Shown: piece by piece, positions 37,048-50,992 of the stretch
Position numbering within the stretch: the first letter of the stretch is position 1
Layout of the letters: every line of letters begins with the position of its first letter
Source of the DNA: Monocercomonoides exilis PA203
Taxonomy: Eukaryota > Protista > Preaxostyla
Assembly (NCBI GenBank): GCA_001643675.2
Contig: LSRY02000013.1
Coordinates: forward strand, 372,001 to 436,000
Length of the DNA: 64,000 nt
Direction of reading: 5' to 3'
Notes under the pieces: generated by a model
Told to the model about the DNA's origin: nothing
What the model saw: the letters and a program-made list of their open reading frames with translations, nothing else
Database searches by the model: none
Translations under genes and position numbers: made by a program

Positions 37048-37995
37048 GGAATTGTTTTGAATTTCAAACTCAAAAATGATGCCTTTCTTTCTTTATTTCT
37101 TTCTTTCTTTCTCTTCTTTTTCGTCTTCTCTTTCTTTTTCAACATTTCATAAATCGGCATTCAATCGAATTGTTTGTTAAAGAGTTTTTTTCACTGCTTC
37201 GAAATACAATAAACAAACAAACAAACAAAAAGAAAAGTCCATTTGACTGTTCATTTGAAAATTTAATCAAATAATTTTGTCGAATGAGTGTCCTTTTATC
37301 TTTTAATCATATCTGAACTTTCAGTCAGTCAAAAGTCATATTCAAAGACTCCTCCTTTTCTCCTTTGCTGTTCTTTATTCCTATCCCTGTGCTCCCTTTC
37401 CTTTTCTTTAATCCATGTTATTTCATTAAACTTGAAGGTTGTTGAGTCCTTGAAAGAGCATCATCTGGAATAATTTCCGTAGAAAAGAAATGGAAAGCTT
37501 ATCCACCTGTTTTGAAGAATAAATATCAGCGTTCGAATTACATGTCAAATTAGTTGTCTGGTTAACAAAAAAATTGTGAAATTGTGTTTTAAACTGTTAA
37601 TGAAAAGCAATTAGAAGAAAAGAAAAGGAAAATGAAAAAATAAACACTTTCAATCGATTCACACTGTTACTCATATAAAATGGAGGGGAAATATTTTCTT
37701 AATATCGAACAAAAAAATATCATGAAAACTAAATCAGTTATTTTCTTATACAAAAGAAAAGATAACTGATATTTTGTTCTTTAAAAGATTAAGTGAACAA
37801 TCCAAACATTCCAATCAACAACAAAAATTGAACCTTTCTTAATTGCGAATAAAAACAATAGTATTGTGAACATCATGCAGGTCTCAAAGGTCTTATTGAG
37901 CTGCAAAACACAGAAAAAAATTGTTGTATTGATTGCATCCAAATAAACAAAAATGGATCACAGTGATCATCGTTGATCACTTTCTTCATTTCAGC

Positions 37996-38818
37996 ATGTT
38001 TGAACCTATTGCAGTCAATCTTCATGAAGATGATCTTGACTTTGAAGAAATCGAAGAAGAGCTAAAACGTTTTGGAAGAGATTCTTTTGTGGAAAGAGCG
38101 ATACAGTCCGGAAAGACAATTCCTGATTCTTCCAAAGCTCTGGACAAGCAAATACGGAAAATTGAAGCAGAATCAGTTGAGGATTGTTTGTTTTGTATTC
38201 TTTTTAATTTTGTCATTATATGTAACAAATTGACTTTTATTTCAGATGTCAAAGAAGAAAAATTACTTTTTGACCTTCACGAACAAATCAAAAGTTGTGA
38301 CGATGTTTTGTTAAACATGGAAAAGTTACTTGAAGAGTTTCAAGATCACCTTTCATCTCTTACATCTGAAATTCGAAATCTACAAGATAGTTCTCTTTCA
38401 ATGAATCACAAATTAAAAAACAGAAAAGAATTTTCTAAAGCACTTACAAGTTATCTAGATCGCATAACTGTGCCAGATGAAGTACGGAGATCAATTGAAT
38501 CTGGTCCAATAAAAGTTGATTACGACCATTTCCATTCCATTTCACCATCTGTTCTTTCTGCTGTTGCTTCTCTTTCAATGGAAGCTACACGACCTCTTCT
38601 AGCAAGTTTGAATCCAGCAAACTCTGGAAGAACTTTATCTTCCATTAGCTCACAAAGTAGTATGGGATCTTCCATCACTCCACCGTCAGCGGCAACAACT
38701 TCACAAAGTCGAGGAACAGATCGAGGAACAGCTTTATATTTGGGTTCTCAATCTCGTTCTTCAGCTGCATCTTCTTCTCTGCATCGTGTGTCATCGATCG
38801 GAATGGCTCCATCTTCTG

Positions 38819-38858
<40 letters not shown>

Positions 38859-41142
38859 TGCTCCACTTTCTCCAGGAAAAGAGCCAATTCCGCAAGAGAT
38901 GATGATTGATGATGCCATGTGGGAACCACCAGACATTGGAGGTGGGGTTTGTGACGATGGAAACGACTCAATGAATGCTAGCTACGATGGGCAAGGAGAC
39001 GGCAGAGGGAAAGGAAAGGGTCAGTCGCGCGGAGACAACCCAACAGTCGATTTCCCGTTTCTGGACGAGACCTTCTCCACCACAACACTTCCTCCTCCAC
39101 AGGCAATGCGAGAAGAGTCACCAGGTGCGCCTGTCCCGCCAGCGAGCATTGCATCGTCTACAACGTCGATGGAGCTCATCCAGCAGCTAACATCGTGCAT
39201 CACGTTCTGCAACCACCTCGCCACTCTCCAAGCAGCCATGGACTCTGCCCGTGAAGAGACATACGCGTCCTTCCCGTCCACTCAGGAGGCGATGGCAGCA
39301 CTGACACAGCTGGCGCAGACAGCCATCAGACACAGCCGCAATTACCTGCTGGACGCGTTCAATGTGATCCGGCAGACCGAAAAGCAGACACACAGCAGAG
39401 TGATGAAGGAGATCCTGATGCGCTCGCGGGGGATGATGACGTTCCTCCGCAGAAACACGCCTCCCACAGCGGATGAATGCGAGCGTGCTTACATCGACTC
39501 AGCTGCACGCAATCAGGTGAAGCTGTGCAAGACGTATGTGGAGTGCCTCACCCGCGCCATCGAAGAGATCGCAACAAAGAACGACCTCGTCGGCTCTGCT
39601 GAGATCGGACGGAAAACTGGTTTTGCTTCGATCTTCAAAAAATCGGAAACAACTTTGTATTCTTATTCGTTCACTGCACCTGCACAGCCGTCGGGAGATG
39701 AAAGACAGCTTGGCATGGGTCCTTTGTCTTCTTCTGTTTCATCCACTTCCTCTGCATCGTCTTCATCGCTTTCATCCTCATCCTCTTCCTTCGATCCATA
39801 TTCTCTCATTGCCCCATCTCCTTCTCTCTCATCAGCCATGTCATCTTCTCTGATGGCGGCTCACGCAGCTCCCTCTCCCACCACCCCTACTCCTTCTCCT
39901 TCTATTGCATCTTCTCCATTCACACTGACAGCCACACCATCCACCCTCATCACAACCACTACGCCAGCCATCCAGCCGTTCGAACTCGGTAACAGGGCCC
40001 ATGTCTTCTCCGCAGCATTCGACCCAATTCATCTTTCTGTGCTGAAAGGGAAGAAGCTGAAGATCTCGTTTGAGGAGGCGTTTGTGTCAGCACACGCTCC
40101 ACTTGCAGCTATGTCTGTGCAAGAGACACGCTTTGCATTCTACTTCTTCTCCTCCACCACAACCATCTCGCCCACAATGCAGCCACTCATCAATCTCTAC
40201 AAGGACACATTTGCGTCTCTCATTGGCTCCTGCTTCGATCTGGTTGCGCTGCTCATCATTGCGCGGGAGTATGGCCGACTGCAAGAGCTCCTCCATGCCG
40301 ACGGGGTGGTCGTGCTGAACGAGTACTTCGCTGCCCTCGACCAGATCCTCTGGCCGCAGTTCAGAGCCGTCGTGAAGCGCCACGTGGAGTCCATCCCGAT
40401 GCCGAAGAAGCCGAAGCCCATTGAAACAACCGTCCACCCAATCACACAGCGCTGTGCTCAGCTGGTGAGTGCGGTGCTTGCACTCTCAATTGGCTACCGC
40501 TCACAGCCGTTTGTGATCAGCAAGTTCGGCGAGCTGATAACAGCACTTCTTGCATTCTACACAAACCACACGAAGGAGATCGCAGAGCCGAGAAAGAGCG
40601 CGTTTCTGCTGGTGAATGCGTATCACGTCGCGCGTGTCACAGAAGGCAAAGAGGAATGCAAAGAGTGGCACGAGAAGTTCACTGCGCTGTTCCGCACCTC
40701 GCTGTCCACCCACACGTCATACCATCTTTCGAAGAGCTTCCGCAGCCTGTCTGAATACGTGGCCACCGTCACAGCTGCTGTGCAGACGAACCGGACGGAA
40801 GGGCAGGCGATCTTTCCTGTGCAAGTGGCTGACTCAGAAGTGGTGAGACGGCTGGTGAGCGAGACGACGGTGGCGAACCTGGCGTCGGAGATGCAGATGA
40901 AGTGGCAGGCGTATCTGGGGCAGCTGGTGAACGACATCATCCGCGTGTTTCAGGAGAGAGGCGATGCTGTCGTCGCACTCGAGGATGCAATGAACGAGGT
41001 GTCGCAGATGTATTCGGTGTTTGTGGACGTGCTCCACAGGTGCTACGCTGATAAGCCATTCAGATTCGATGTGGTGGATAGCAAAGTCTTCAACCAAGAG
41101 GCTAAACAAAAAATAGTAACTTTTGTTTCATTGAAAAAATAA
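37996..41142 (+). CDS. VPS52: GARP/EARP complex subunit VPS52
   Basis: ATG 37996; in-frame 60-nt intron 38186-38245. LHEQIKSCDDVLLNMEKLLEEFQDHLSSLTSEIRNLQDSSLSMNHKLKNRK, LWPQFR..H..S, HPITQR and FLLVNAY. Confidence 0.92.
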
Positions 41143-41348
41143 TAATCATTTCACTTGTTTCTCCATATTCTTTTTGAGCTGTTAACTTTTTTTGTAATAT
41201 TTAAGTTTTCAACTTTAATTTTAATCAATTTTACAAGCATTTTTTGTTAAAATAGTGAATACCTTTTTATTTCAAAATATTTTATCTTTTATTTTTGCGT
41301 TTGAGAAAAAAAGAAATATTTTGAACAACCCATAGGAAAATCCTAAAA

Positions 41349-43175
41349 ATGGATTTTTTGTCTCCTGCTGATTTCTCCGAAATTGCGAAGACAGTCATAC
41401 TATTTGAGAATGAAGTTGTCCATCTTTCCCTTGAGGACAACGAGGTGAAAATGTTTGAAAATTCTTATTTGCCAAGATCGCATTAATTGTCATCTTTTCA
41501 AAGAAATGAGCACCAGGTAATGAAAAAACAGATATAACTTGCAACTCACAACCCAAAGATTGTAATTTATAAGTTGCAATCTCTCTTCTCGTCATATTTT
41601 ATGTTTCTTGATTTTGTGGATACTTATTCTTTAAAAGTTTGAATTTTTTGATACTTTTATTTTTGCAAATTATTTGCGAATTCAGCCTTAAGTATTTAGC
41701 AAAGATATAATACTTATCAGTTATCCTGGAACTTCTGAGAACGTCAGATTTTCAATTAGATGCATGAGTGGAAAGATAAGACCATTTTTTATTCGTTTTG
41801 ATTCAGCTGTGAAGCGTAGAAAAGAAGTTTGATTGCAATTTTTTGGTCTCTTGTTTTCCGAAGCATTTATTTGAATTTAGCCTCTACCGACGATTACACA
41901 ACCAGAGCCTGAACCTCCAGTTTCGTTGGATCCTAGAACAGCAGCATCGGGTTTGCTAATTTATTTTTGAAAATCGAGACTTATCCATTATATATATATA
42001 TATATATATAGCTGTTGAAGCAACACAAGAAAGACTTGAGCAAAAAATCCAAACAAGTTTTACTAGTATTGATGCTCTGATGGATAGCGCTTACGATTTG
42101 GTTTGAAAGTTTTGTTTTTTTAAAAAAGAATTTTGGAATTATTTTATTGTTTTATTGTTTTATTGTTTTATTTTAATAGATTCAAATGACAGAAGATTAT
42201 CAGCGCGAGGCATCAAGGGCTAAAGGAACAGGGGCCGTTTCGAAAAGTGCTTCAGACGTAGACCAAGTGGAGTATCTGGCATTTGTGCTTCACTTGGAAT
42301 CATTTCGCCTGTTACAAGGTTTGCCTGAATTTTTCAAGATAATTTTAAATTTAAACCCTTCTTGTTTATATTCCTTTTGTCTTATTTGATTATCTTCATT
42401 TCATGATCGTGTGCACTTGCTGTGTGTAAGAGATACAGCTGGTTCCGCGTACGGGGTTGAGCTGTGCTGACAAGTGACTGAATTTATCACACCAATTTTG
42501 GAACGAGAAGGAGGAATGATGCTGCTTGTGGATGCTTATGCCAAGTATAACAGAGCTCGTGGAATTGGTTTGGTTTCTTTTTAATCAATTAAAAACTTTT
42601 GTATTTAATTTTCTTTATTTTATTTGAATTCTTCGTTGCTCTTTGCACAGATCTCATTCCTCCAGAAGATCTTTTAAAGGCCTGCCAGCAATTTGAATCA
42701 TTAAATCTTGGACTTCGTCTCTCAAAGATTAAAACAGGAGTCTTTGTCATACATCTGACCACCCATTCTGAAGAAGCTATTTGCGAGCGAATTGTGAATC
42801 TGACGCGCGAGAGGCGCGGATGTTCCGTCTTGCAAATAGCAGATGCTCTTCATCTCACTTCCATTCTTACACAGGAATATATCTTGGTGTGTTGTCTTGT
42901 CTTTTTTATCTAATTTAATTTGGAAAGATTTCACATTTTTTTTTCTTGATAAAAACGAAATATTTCGATTGATTTGATGCTAATCATATCTTCTTTGTCA
43001 ATGATTTTCTTTTATTATTTGCTGTAAGATTGGAGAGGCAAGGCTACTTCTCTGTCGCGATGAAAGCGAAGATGATATCATATTTTATCCTAATTTTTTC
43101 AACAACAAATCAGAAAATTCAGCTCTTGTTTCACTTAATCTGAATTTTTTATTGTTATTGCACATATTCTTTTAG
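41349..43175 (+). pseudogene. VPS36: ESCRT-II subunit VPS36 (EAP45), unprocessed pseudogene
   Basis: MDFLSPA.., LTTQRL*, SFTSIDALM, SLGIISPVTR, GGMMLLVDAYAKYNRARG, DLIPPEDLLKAC and LCRDES..FYPNFF. Lesions: TAA 41563, probable TAA 41689, frameshift ~42284, TGA 42468. Introns retained. Confidence 0.85.
41989..42010. repeat. (TA)n microsatellite at a VPS36 intron acceptor
   Basis: Directly visible. Confidence 0.9.
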
Positions 43176-43359
43176 TTGTGAAAAAAAACTGTTATTAATT
43201 ATTGTTTATCCAAAACCGAAAAGTCTCAAAACATCTTCAAACTAGAATTATAAAAAACAGAAAAACATAACAAAATAAACAAAAAATAAACAAAAAAGTG
43301 ATATGTATTCGCGAAATATGATATAATAATAAGATAAGAAAGCAAAGACAATTATGAAC

Positions 43360-44222
43360 AGTCAGATTATTCAGTGCTTCTTTTCCAAATTGATCTATAA
43401 TCAAACAAATAAAATGCATTTCGAAAAAAAAAAAGAAAGAAAATTCAAATTTTGAAAAATATTCATTAGCACAATTACATACAATGTGCACTATCTGGCA
43501 TTTTTCTTTGATAACGCATCGAGATTCCAACTCTTCGGAAATTGTTCTATACACTGAGGTCGAATGATACAAAACTAAATCTGGATATTGTTGCATGTGC
43601 TGCTGTCCATTCTTTGCAAACCACACATCAAGCCTCCTCCAGATTTTTTCTTTCGCGTTCTTAGACAAAAACACGGATACAATTGGGGAAACTAATTAAT
43701 ATTTCGATATGATAAAAATTTTTCAATAAAAAAATGCATGCATACTTACAAGAAATACTGCAGAGATAAAGGCAATAAAAGCAAGAAGTGTGAAGCTAAA
43801 CGAGAAAACAACTCCACGGGAATCCCAATTGAAGATTGCCCAGATAAGAACCAAAGCCAGAAGAAGCAAAACCAAAGGCAAGAAGAATGCGACAAGAACT
43901 GAACTGATATATCGATACTTTGCAGCTATCTAAAGATGCAATGAAAAAAATACAATTTTTGTGTTCGAATGCATTTTAGAATAATAATTATGAATATTAC
44001 TTTATCAAATTGTTTCAGAAGATGAGCTCCATTGAACTCTTTAATCGCTTCGTTTAATCCAATGTTTTTCTGCAACGATGTTGGAGGGAATTCTCCACCG
44101 TATCCAGAAATACCCCTTGTTGAAAAAATATTTTAGAAGAAAATGTTATATTTTTTTGATTTAGCTTCTGTCAAACCATTGAATTTGGATTCCCTTTTTG
44201 TTACTAGAAATTCTGTATCCAT
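43360..44222 (-). CDS. Hypothetical membrane protein with two TM helices
   Basis: Spliced minus-strand frames MDTEFLVTKRESKF.., GEFPPTSLQ.., VLVAFFLPLVLLLLALVLIWAIF and VVFSFSFTLLAFIAFISAVFL; the 3' end is approximate. Confidence 0.55.
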
Positions 44223-44769
44223 TGTGAAAAGGTTCTGTATATTCCATTACACTTCAATGATTTCTAAAAAACACTTATTGAATAAACGATCAATAATATG
44301 ATCAATACAAAACCAATATAGAACAATATGAACAAGAAAAAAAAACTTCAGGATTGCATTGCTTTAATATGTATTTTTCAAAAATAGGGAAAAATGTACA
44401 ATGGTCTTTTTTTTCTTTTTGATTTCTGAAAGTATCTTTCTATCTTGAAAAGAAAAATATAAATAAAAATTTCTGAATAAGTTAAAAAAGTTAAAAGTAC
44501 TCTGAATCATAAATGTTTAAAAAAGACATGTTTCCTTTCCTTTCAAATGTCTAATAGATTCAAATCACAATCACTGTGTTTATAACGGACAGATCACTTA
44601 CAAAACGGAAAAATCTTCCAATTTTAATGAGAAACATTGAAAACTGTAATATGCATAACCTATCATAAATAGTCGCTGCTTGTGTAATGTATATAGCAAA
44701 CGATATAGTTGCATTTGTTCATCTTTTTTTTTAAAAACTAAATTTTTACAACTCGTGTTTCAATGAATA

Positions 44770-46278
44770 TTAACCTGAACTAGAAGTTGCATTCCACTTT
44801 ATAACAACTTCATCGTCCAAGCATTTTGTAGTCTCGTCTCTAAGTCTTGTAAACGATAGCACATCAAAAGAAGAAGCATGCGCTGTAAATGATATCTGGG
44901 CAAATAAAAATTCAGATAAAAAATATAATTTTTCAAAAACACTTTAAAAAAAGAATAAAAAAACATTCAAGAACACAAACTCCAAATTGAACCGATGGAG
45001 GAATTCCAACGACTGCAACCCTAACTTGAGAGTCATTTACGAAGAAGTGGAGTGTTCTTTGTTTTCTGTCCATGTTGAGCTCAATGCCAACAACATCTCC
45101 ATCAGAAAATGTTGGCAATTTCGATGTGCTGCGGTGACAATGCCATATCTTCCCACTGTTATTTAGAAATTTGTTATAGAATTTGTATCAAACATATTTT
45201 TTCATCAATAAGTTTTAGAGGAAGTCACATTAACAGATATGAATAAAGATATTATCGAACAAAAATTACACTGAAACATACAATGCTCCATCGTAAGCAA
45301 TGCATTCATCACAATTCCACATATGCTTTTGTTCGCTAATGGCGTTTGACGATCGAATTCCAAACACTATTATGATATCAACATTAATTTCAGTAATGAA
45401 AAATAATCTTTCATTAACTCTACAAAATGAATCTCAAACTTCTAGTTACCCACGTGTTTTTAAAACGTCCTTCTATTTTCCAAATTCCTGAAGATATCTT
45501 TGTTTCCAAAAAAACAGTTAGATCTTTTTTATCTGAGTCGCGCATTGTTCTCGTTGTTTGGGAGCCTTCATGAAAATACTGAGTAGAAGACCTCAAAGAG
45601 CTTCTCGATGTCCATTGCCCAGATGAACGAAGAGAAGATCTAAGAAGCGGTTCCACAGGAATTGAGCGCAAAGATCCTCGTGAAGTTGCTGACATGTATT
45701 AAACAATTGAACGAAAATTTAAAAAAAAAACAAACACAGCGAGCGCTGTAAGGGCATCGATCTAAGAATTTCTAATGATTGTCGTGCAAGGCTCTGTTGA
45801 TCAAGTTGCGGCGAGTGTTTCAGCATGTCAATTTCTTCATCTTTTGTTTGAAGCTGTGCTTTCAATCCAGCTATTTCTTCGTCTTTTTTCTGAACAAGAA
45901 TTAGATAATCGTCAATTTTTTTCTGAAGCTGTGAAATTTCTAAGCGAAGGCGTGCTTCTTTTGTTTTAAATGATGATTGAAGAAATTTAAGAGTTGAAGT
46001 TTTTTCGTTCAACTCTTTTTCAAGTTTCATGCAATCAGAACATTTTTTGTTAATCCTCGGTAAAGAGCATGACGAATATACATTTAATAATCTTCTTGGA
46101 GATATCTACAAACAAATAGTGTTTTTTCATCAAAAATTAACGAAAACAATTTCAAACTGTCAACAGTTCATAGAAAAAAAGAATCGATATAATCACATGA
46201 ATAAATAATTGGAAAAAATACTTAAAACATACCATCGAACTTTTTCGTTGATCTACGTGGCTCTGGAGTCCGTATCAT
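44770..46278 (-). CDS. Coiled-coil protein with C-terminal SPRY/B30.2-like domain
   Basis: Multi-exon. Coiled coil at 45830-46030; ISSGIWKIEGRF and FSDGDVVGIELNMD...RTLHFFVND.Q.....GIP.SV.FG. Confidence 0.7.
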
Positions 46279-46543
46279 CGTTAACAAATTATCATTAACC
46301 CATAGCTAAAATTAATTATATTTTGCCCTTTATAATTTTTTCAATTTTTTCATCATTTTTTATTTTTGGATAGAAAATTATAAAGAAAATTTAGCCCATA
46401 TGATCATAATTTAAAAAGATGGATAAAAATTATTGTTTTTCTAACATTCCATGTATTTTTGTTATCAATTTTTTCATGTCGTTTTGACATGTTTTTTGTG
46501 GATCGTCTTGGATCATTGTTTCAATTCTTTCCCTTGAAATTTA

Positions 46544-49500
46544 ATGATCATACTACATTTTGTTGCATACATTTTGTTTGGAATTGTTAGTTGTTACGAT
46601 GAAAGAAAGCTGATTGATGAGTATACGGATAAGTATTTTAATTTCATTGAGTTGTTACCAAGAGACAACTCAACAGAATGCTTTGCCATAACAAATAATA
46701 GATTTGATGAATGCAAAAATATACTGGAAAGTACATGCCCGCGTGAATGCCTTTCATCACCAAATTACACACTTTGCATCAAGCAATGCAGAGAGGAAGG
46801 TTTGTTTTCAAATAGTAATTTTTCATAGAAGATAAAGGCAATTATATTTATCATCGCTCGTTTAGAGCTTTCTGTTTGTGGGAATAATCTTGTTCACCAG
46901 AAAGAAATTTGCATTTTCCATATTATTAGCAACTGCCGCAACTCTTATTTAAAGTGCGTTGATAAATCAAAGTTCAGATGCAGTCGGTTACCCGAAGGTT
47001 TATAATTACGTCCGCTTCTTTTTGACTGTATTATTCTCTTTTATCATTTCATCAGATGAATCTTCACAATGTTTAATGGATTCAGTTGCAAAATGTGGAC
47101 TAGATTATTCGAACTGTGTTCGTTCTGTACCACCAAATGAAGGTTTTTTATTTTTTTTTTTTCGAAATACTTTTTTATATGTTGTAAATCAACATTTGTT
47201 TTAGAATTTTCTTCACAATGCTCAAGAACATGCAAAATCATTCTTGATCGTTGTGAGTCAAGTCTGATTCAAACATGTTTACATAAATGCCCTTCAAACA
47301 ATACAACATCATCATTTGGCAAAAATGCTGCAACGGACAATCAAATGGACGGAATCGATGGGGAATGTCTGATGAATTGCATCAACAAGGATGCTGACCT
47401 GTGCTATGTTCCCTATGTTGAATGCATCAACGGGTGCAGCTCAAATTCACGTCTTTCTAATTCAACAAATGCCGCAAATGACACATACGACTCGAGTCTT
47501 AAAAGGACGATGGCATTTCACTCGAATCAACATTTGACGCAAGATGCAAGCATATCTGAAACATGTCGCTATGAGTGTGAAGGAAGTATGTGCTTTTTTT
47601 TCCTCTTTAAAAGAAAGAAAGAAATTTTTGTTAATATCTTTTTTTTTTCCTTTGAATGATTCATTTCTTCAGATCATGATGAGTGTGTGACTGCGTGTGA
47701 TGACAAGTGCTTCACGATTTGCGCAGTCTACAAAGGAAGCAACGGATCATACGAAGCAAGTGAAGATTGTGTTAAATGCCTCAGCCGCTGCATCAGAGAA
47801 TGCATTCCGCAAGAAGAGGAGTGTGTGAACCGTTGTATCGAAAGAAAGGTTTTACAATAAAATTATTGGAGAAAAAAAGCAAGTTGATGATTATTTTATT
47901 TATTTCTGTTTCTTCATGTCATATCACATCGCATTTTTTTATATAAATTAATTTGTTTGTGCCAATCCCAGCAACACGACGAGTCCCTGTCTCTTTGCTC
48001 AGAGGAGTGCCAGAAGGCGACGCGTATCTCCACCCAGACCGCCTCGCAGCATTGTGCGCGGATGTGCAGAGGGGCGTATTATCTGGACTCGTGCATGGGG
48101 CTCTGCATGTCAGAGCAGATGGACCCGATCACAGAGCAGAACGACAAGTGCAGAGAAGACTGCCGAGCTGCGTTTGCGAAGGAAAGCTATCAGTTGGATG
48201 TGACAAATGGAAAGGAAGAAGGAAAAAAAGAAGAAGGAAAAGAAGGAAAAGAACAGAAATATGCTGAGCCGGAGGAAGGGAGGAAGCGATGTTTGGATGA
48301 AGTTTGCTGTTTTCTGCTTTGTTTTTGAATTATTAATAGCATTCGATTTTGCCCAGTGCAACATAACATTAAGAGATTGCTCAGAAGAGCTGCGAAATTT
48401 CTGTGCTTCTGAATGTCAGAGCTCTTCTTCCAAAAAGGAAGAAGGAATAAAATGCATTTCTGACTGCCTCTCTTCGAATATGCACCAATGCGTAGATTCC
48501 TTTGCTGACTGTGTTGGCGTGTGTGCGGATGCATTCAGCCCTTCTGCTGCTTCCACATTTAACTCACCATCTTTCTCCGCTTCTCCTTCTAAAAAGATGA
48601 ATTGGGCTGACAAAAGAAATGATAATTATGATTTCGACGTTGAACCTGATTCATTTCAACAGCAACAACAACAGGAACAAGAGACGAAAAGCTTTTTGAA
48701 TTCTCAAATTCCACTGGAAGAACTAAATGTCAGATTGAAACAAACACAAACTGGAGAGAAACAACCAAATCAAAACCAGTTTGCTTCGTCAAATGAACAT
48801 TTTTCTCGTGATTTTCAGAGTGCGTCAACAAATTCTGAAGACAGAAAAGCAAATCCGATTGGCGAGCAGGAAAATGAAGTTGAGCTTTCCGAAACAGAAA
48901 AATGCATCGATGAAGCAATGGAAGACTATCTCCGGTGCCAAAACGACGCGTTGGAGCAGTGCAAGAGCATGCAGAAGATGAACTCTCCATTCAGAGGGAA
49001 CAGAAATGCCAACGGAGAAGCATACGAAGAAGAGGAAGAAAAAGATGAGGAAGAAAACGAGAACTATCACAGCTGCCTCGATGCTATGCTTTCTCAGTGC
49101 TCTTCATACAACTTTCGCTTGACTGGAATGTGCATGGGGAAATTTCTGCAAAAAGAGCACGAAAGCGCCGATCAGCCAGCTGACGATGAAGCACAAGAGG
49201 AAGCGATGAATTCAGCCTCTTCTCCTTCTTCTCCTTCATCCTCTGCCTCTGCTTCTGCCTCTTCTTATTCGCCTTTGTCTAATCCTCCGCAGAGTTTGAG
49301 GGCGATTCGGCAAGAGATGAACAAGTGCAACGACCGATGCGACGTCAAAGGCGACAAATGCCTGGGCGAGTGTGCAAGGCAGAAGAAGAGGATGATGCTG
49401 AAGCTGAGTCTGTCCAACGGCACAGCACAGCCATCCGACAGCCAAACAGCCGGCGGCACTCAATTTGAGCGTGGGGCAGATGGATACGCGTCGGTTGTCT

Positions 49501-50644
49501 TTCAGCAGCGGAGCTCGGCGCTGGCAGAGCAGACCGGCAGAAGCTGCGCCGATGTTTGCGAGGACGAGTGGCTGTCGTGCACGAATGTGTGCGCTGATGC
49601 TGCCACACAAAAGATGAAGCAGCTCAAACGAAGCGCGCTGGCGAACGAGTCTGACCCAGTTTTGTCGCACTCGGCAAAGGACAGCATTGACGATGACTCG
49701 TCTTCGTTTATGCCACCTCAGTCGATGTTTGGAGAGGATGGCATGCAGCAGATGATGATGATGATGCAGATGATGCAAATGATGCAGATGGCACAGTCGA
49801 TGGCAATGAATCCTCCGTTCGACACATCTCAGTTCAACTCTTCATCGACTGCGACAGCTTCTTCTTCTTCTTCTTTCGACTCTTCAAATGACACATTCAC
49901 ACCTCCATTCAGCGACATGCCGAATGATTTTATGATGACTCAGTTCTTTTTCTTTGCAGATGACCAGCCTCCTTTCGGCATAAACCCATTTGGCGAGCAC
50001 TTTGGCCAGTCAATTCCAAACTTCTTTGGAGAAACCAGCCAAAACGAGAATTATGGAAGCACAATTCCTGATGAAGACGATGAGAACGATCCGAAATACG
50101 ACGACTGCGGAACACAAAATGATCGAAATGAGAATTACACAGCGAATGATGAAAGTTCTGATGCGATCGAAAGTTGCTTAAAAGAAAAGAAAGAATGTGA
50201 AGCTGATTGCCGTGGCCTCAAGCAAAGTTTGTTTTGAATGCTATTTTTTTCTTTGATTGAACGACTGTTTTTTATCTTTTTATGCAAAACTTGTTTGTGT
50301 TTTATTATTCTTGTGAAGGATGTGTTATGCGCCTGAGGAACGAAGGAAGGCCAACAGAGGAAGTTTATCGGCATTGTGCGAATGTGGAAGAAGAATGTCA
50401 AAGTGAGTGCGAAGATGCCTTCAGCAGCTGCACAAACACTGCTCCTGCTTCGCACAGCAAGAAAAGAGCGTTCCATCGGCCAGGAATTGCTGAGTCTGTT
50501 TTGGGGAAGAGACAAACACGCGCCATTCGCAGGCAGAGCACTGCTCGCAACCAGATGTTTGACAGAGCTGAAAGTGAAGGGCATCCCAGCGACAACGATC
50601 GGAGCAGAGAGGAAATGATGTATTTTGCTCAGCCACGTCGTTAA
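46544..50644 (+). CDS. Large secreted cysteine-rich protein with repeated CX3C motifs
   Basis: Signal-peptide-like MIILHFVAYILFGIVSC. About 8 exons (~46544-46799, 46866-46997, 47055-47141, 47204-47586, 47673-47848, 47972-48301, 48340-50226, 50319-50644). Dozens of CX3C and CX6C spacings. Confidence 0.75.
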
Positions 50645-50992
50645 TGACATGGGGAAATTGTCAATTAATTATTGGAAAAGTTTTTAATATTGTTCGGTGT
50701 TTCAATTCCAATTCATTTCTTATTCAATCTTTTCGTCTTATCAACTCATTGCTTGCTGCGGCAAACTTTTTTTTAATTTAATTTCTTCAATGCTAATCAA
50801 ATAATATGTCAGACATTCATTTTTTTTTTTGATTGCATTAACAGCGTTTCTCAAATGTTGCACTTGGCTTCACAAGAAAATTCATATTGTTGGGCATTAA
50901 TTTTTGCCCTCGACAATTGTGTGAAAAAAAGAAAAATAAATTTGAAAAAGTCTTAAAAAATATTCATAAAATATTCTAATGAGCATTTAGCA

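Noticed and set aside
37933-38245. ORF-track N-terminus and CLFCILFNF segment of VPS52
   Set aside because: The upstream start is non-ATG and the segment is a stop-free 60-nt intron; splicing restores EDYVKE.
46544-50644. Twin CX3C motifs as mitochondrial small-Tim proteins
   Set aside because: The signal peptide, large size and motif spacing do not fit small Tims.
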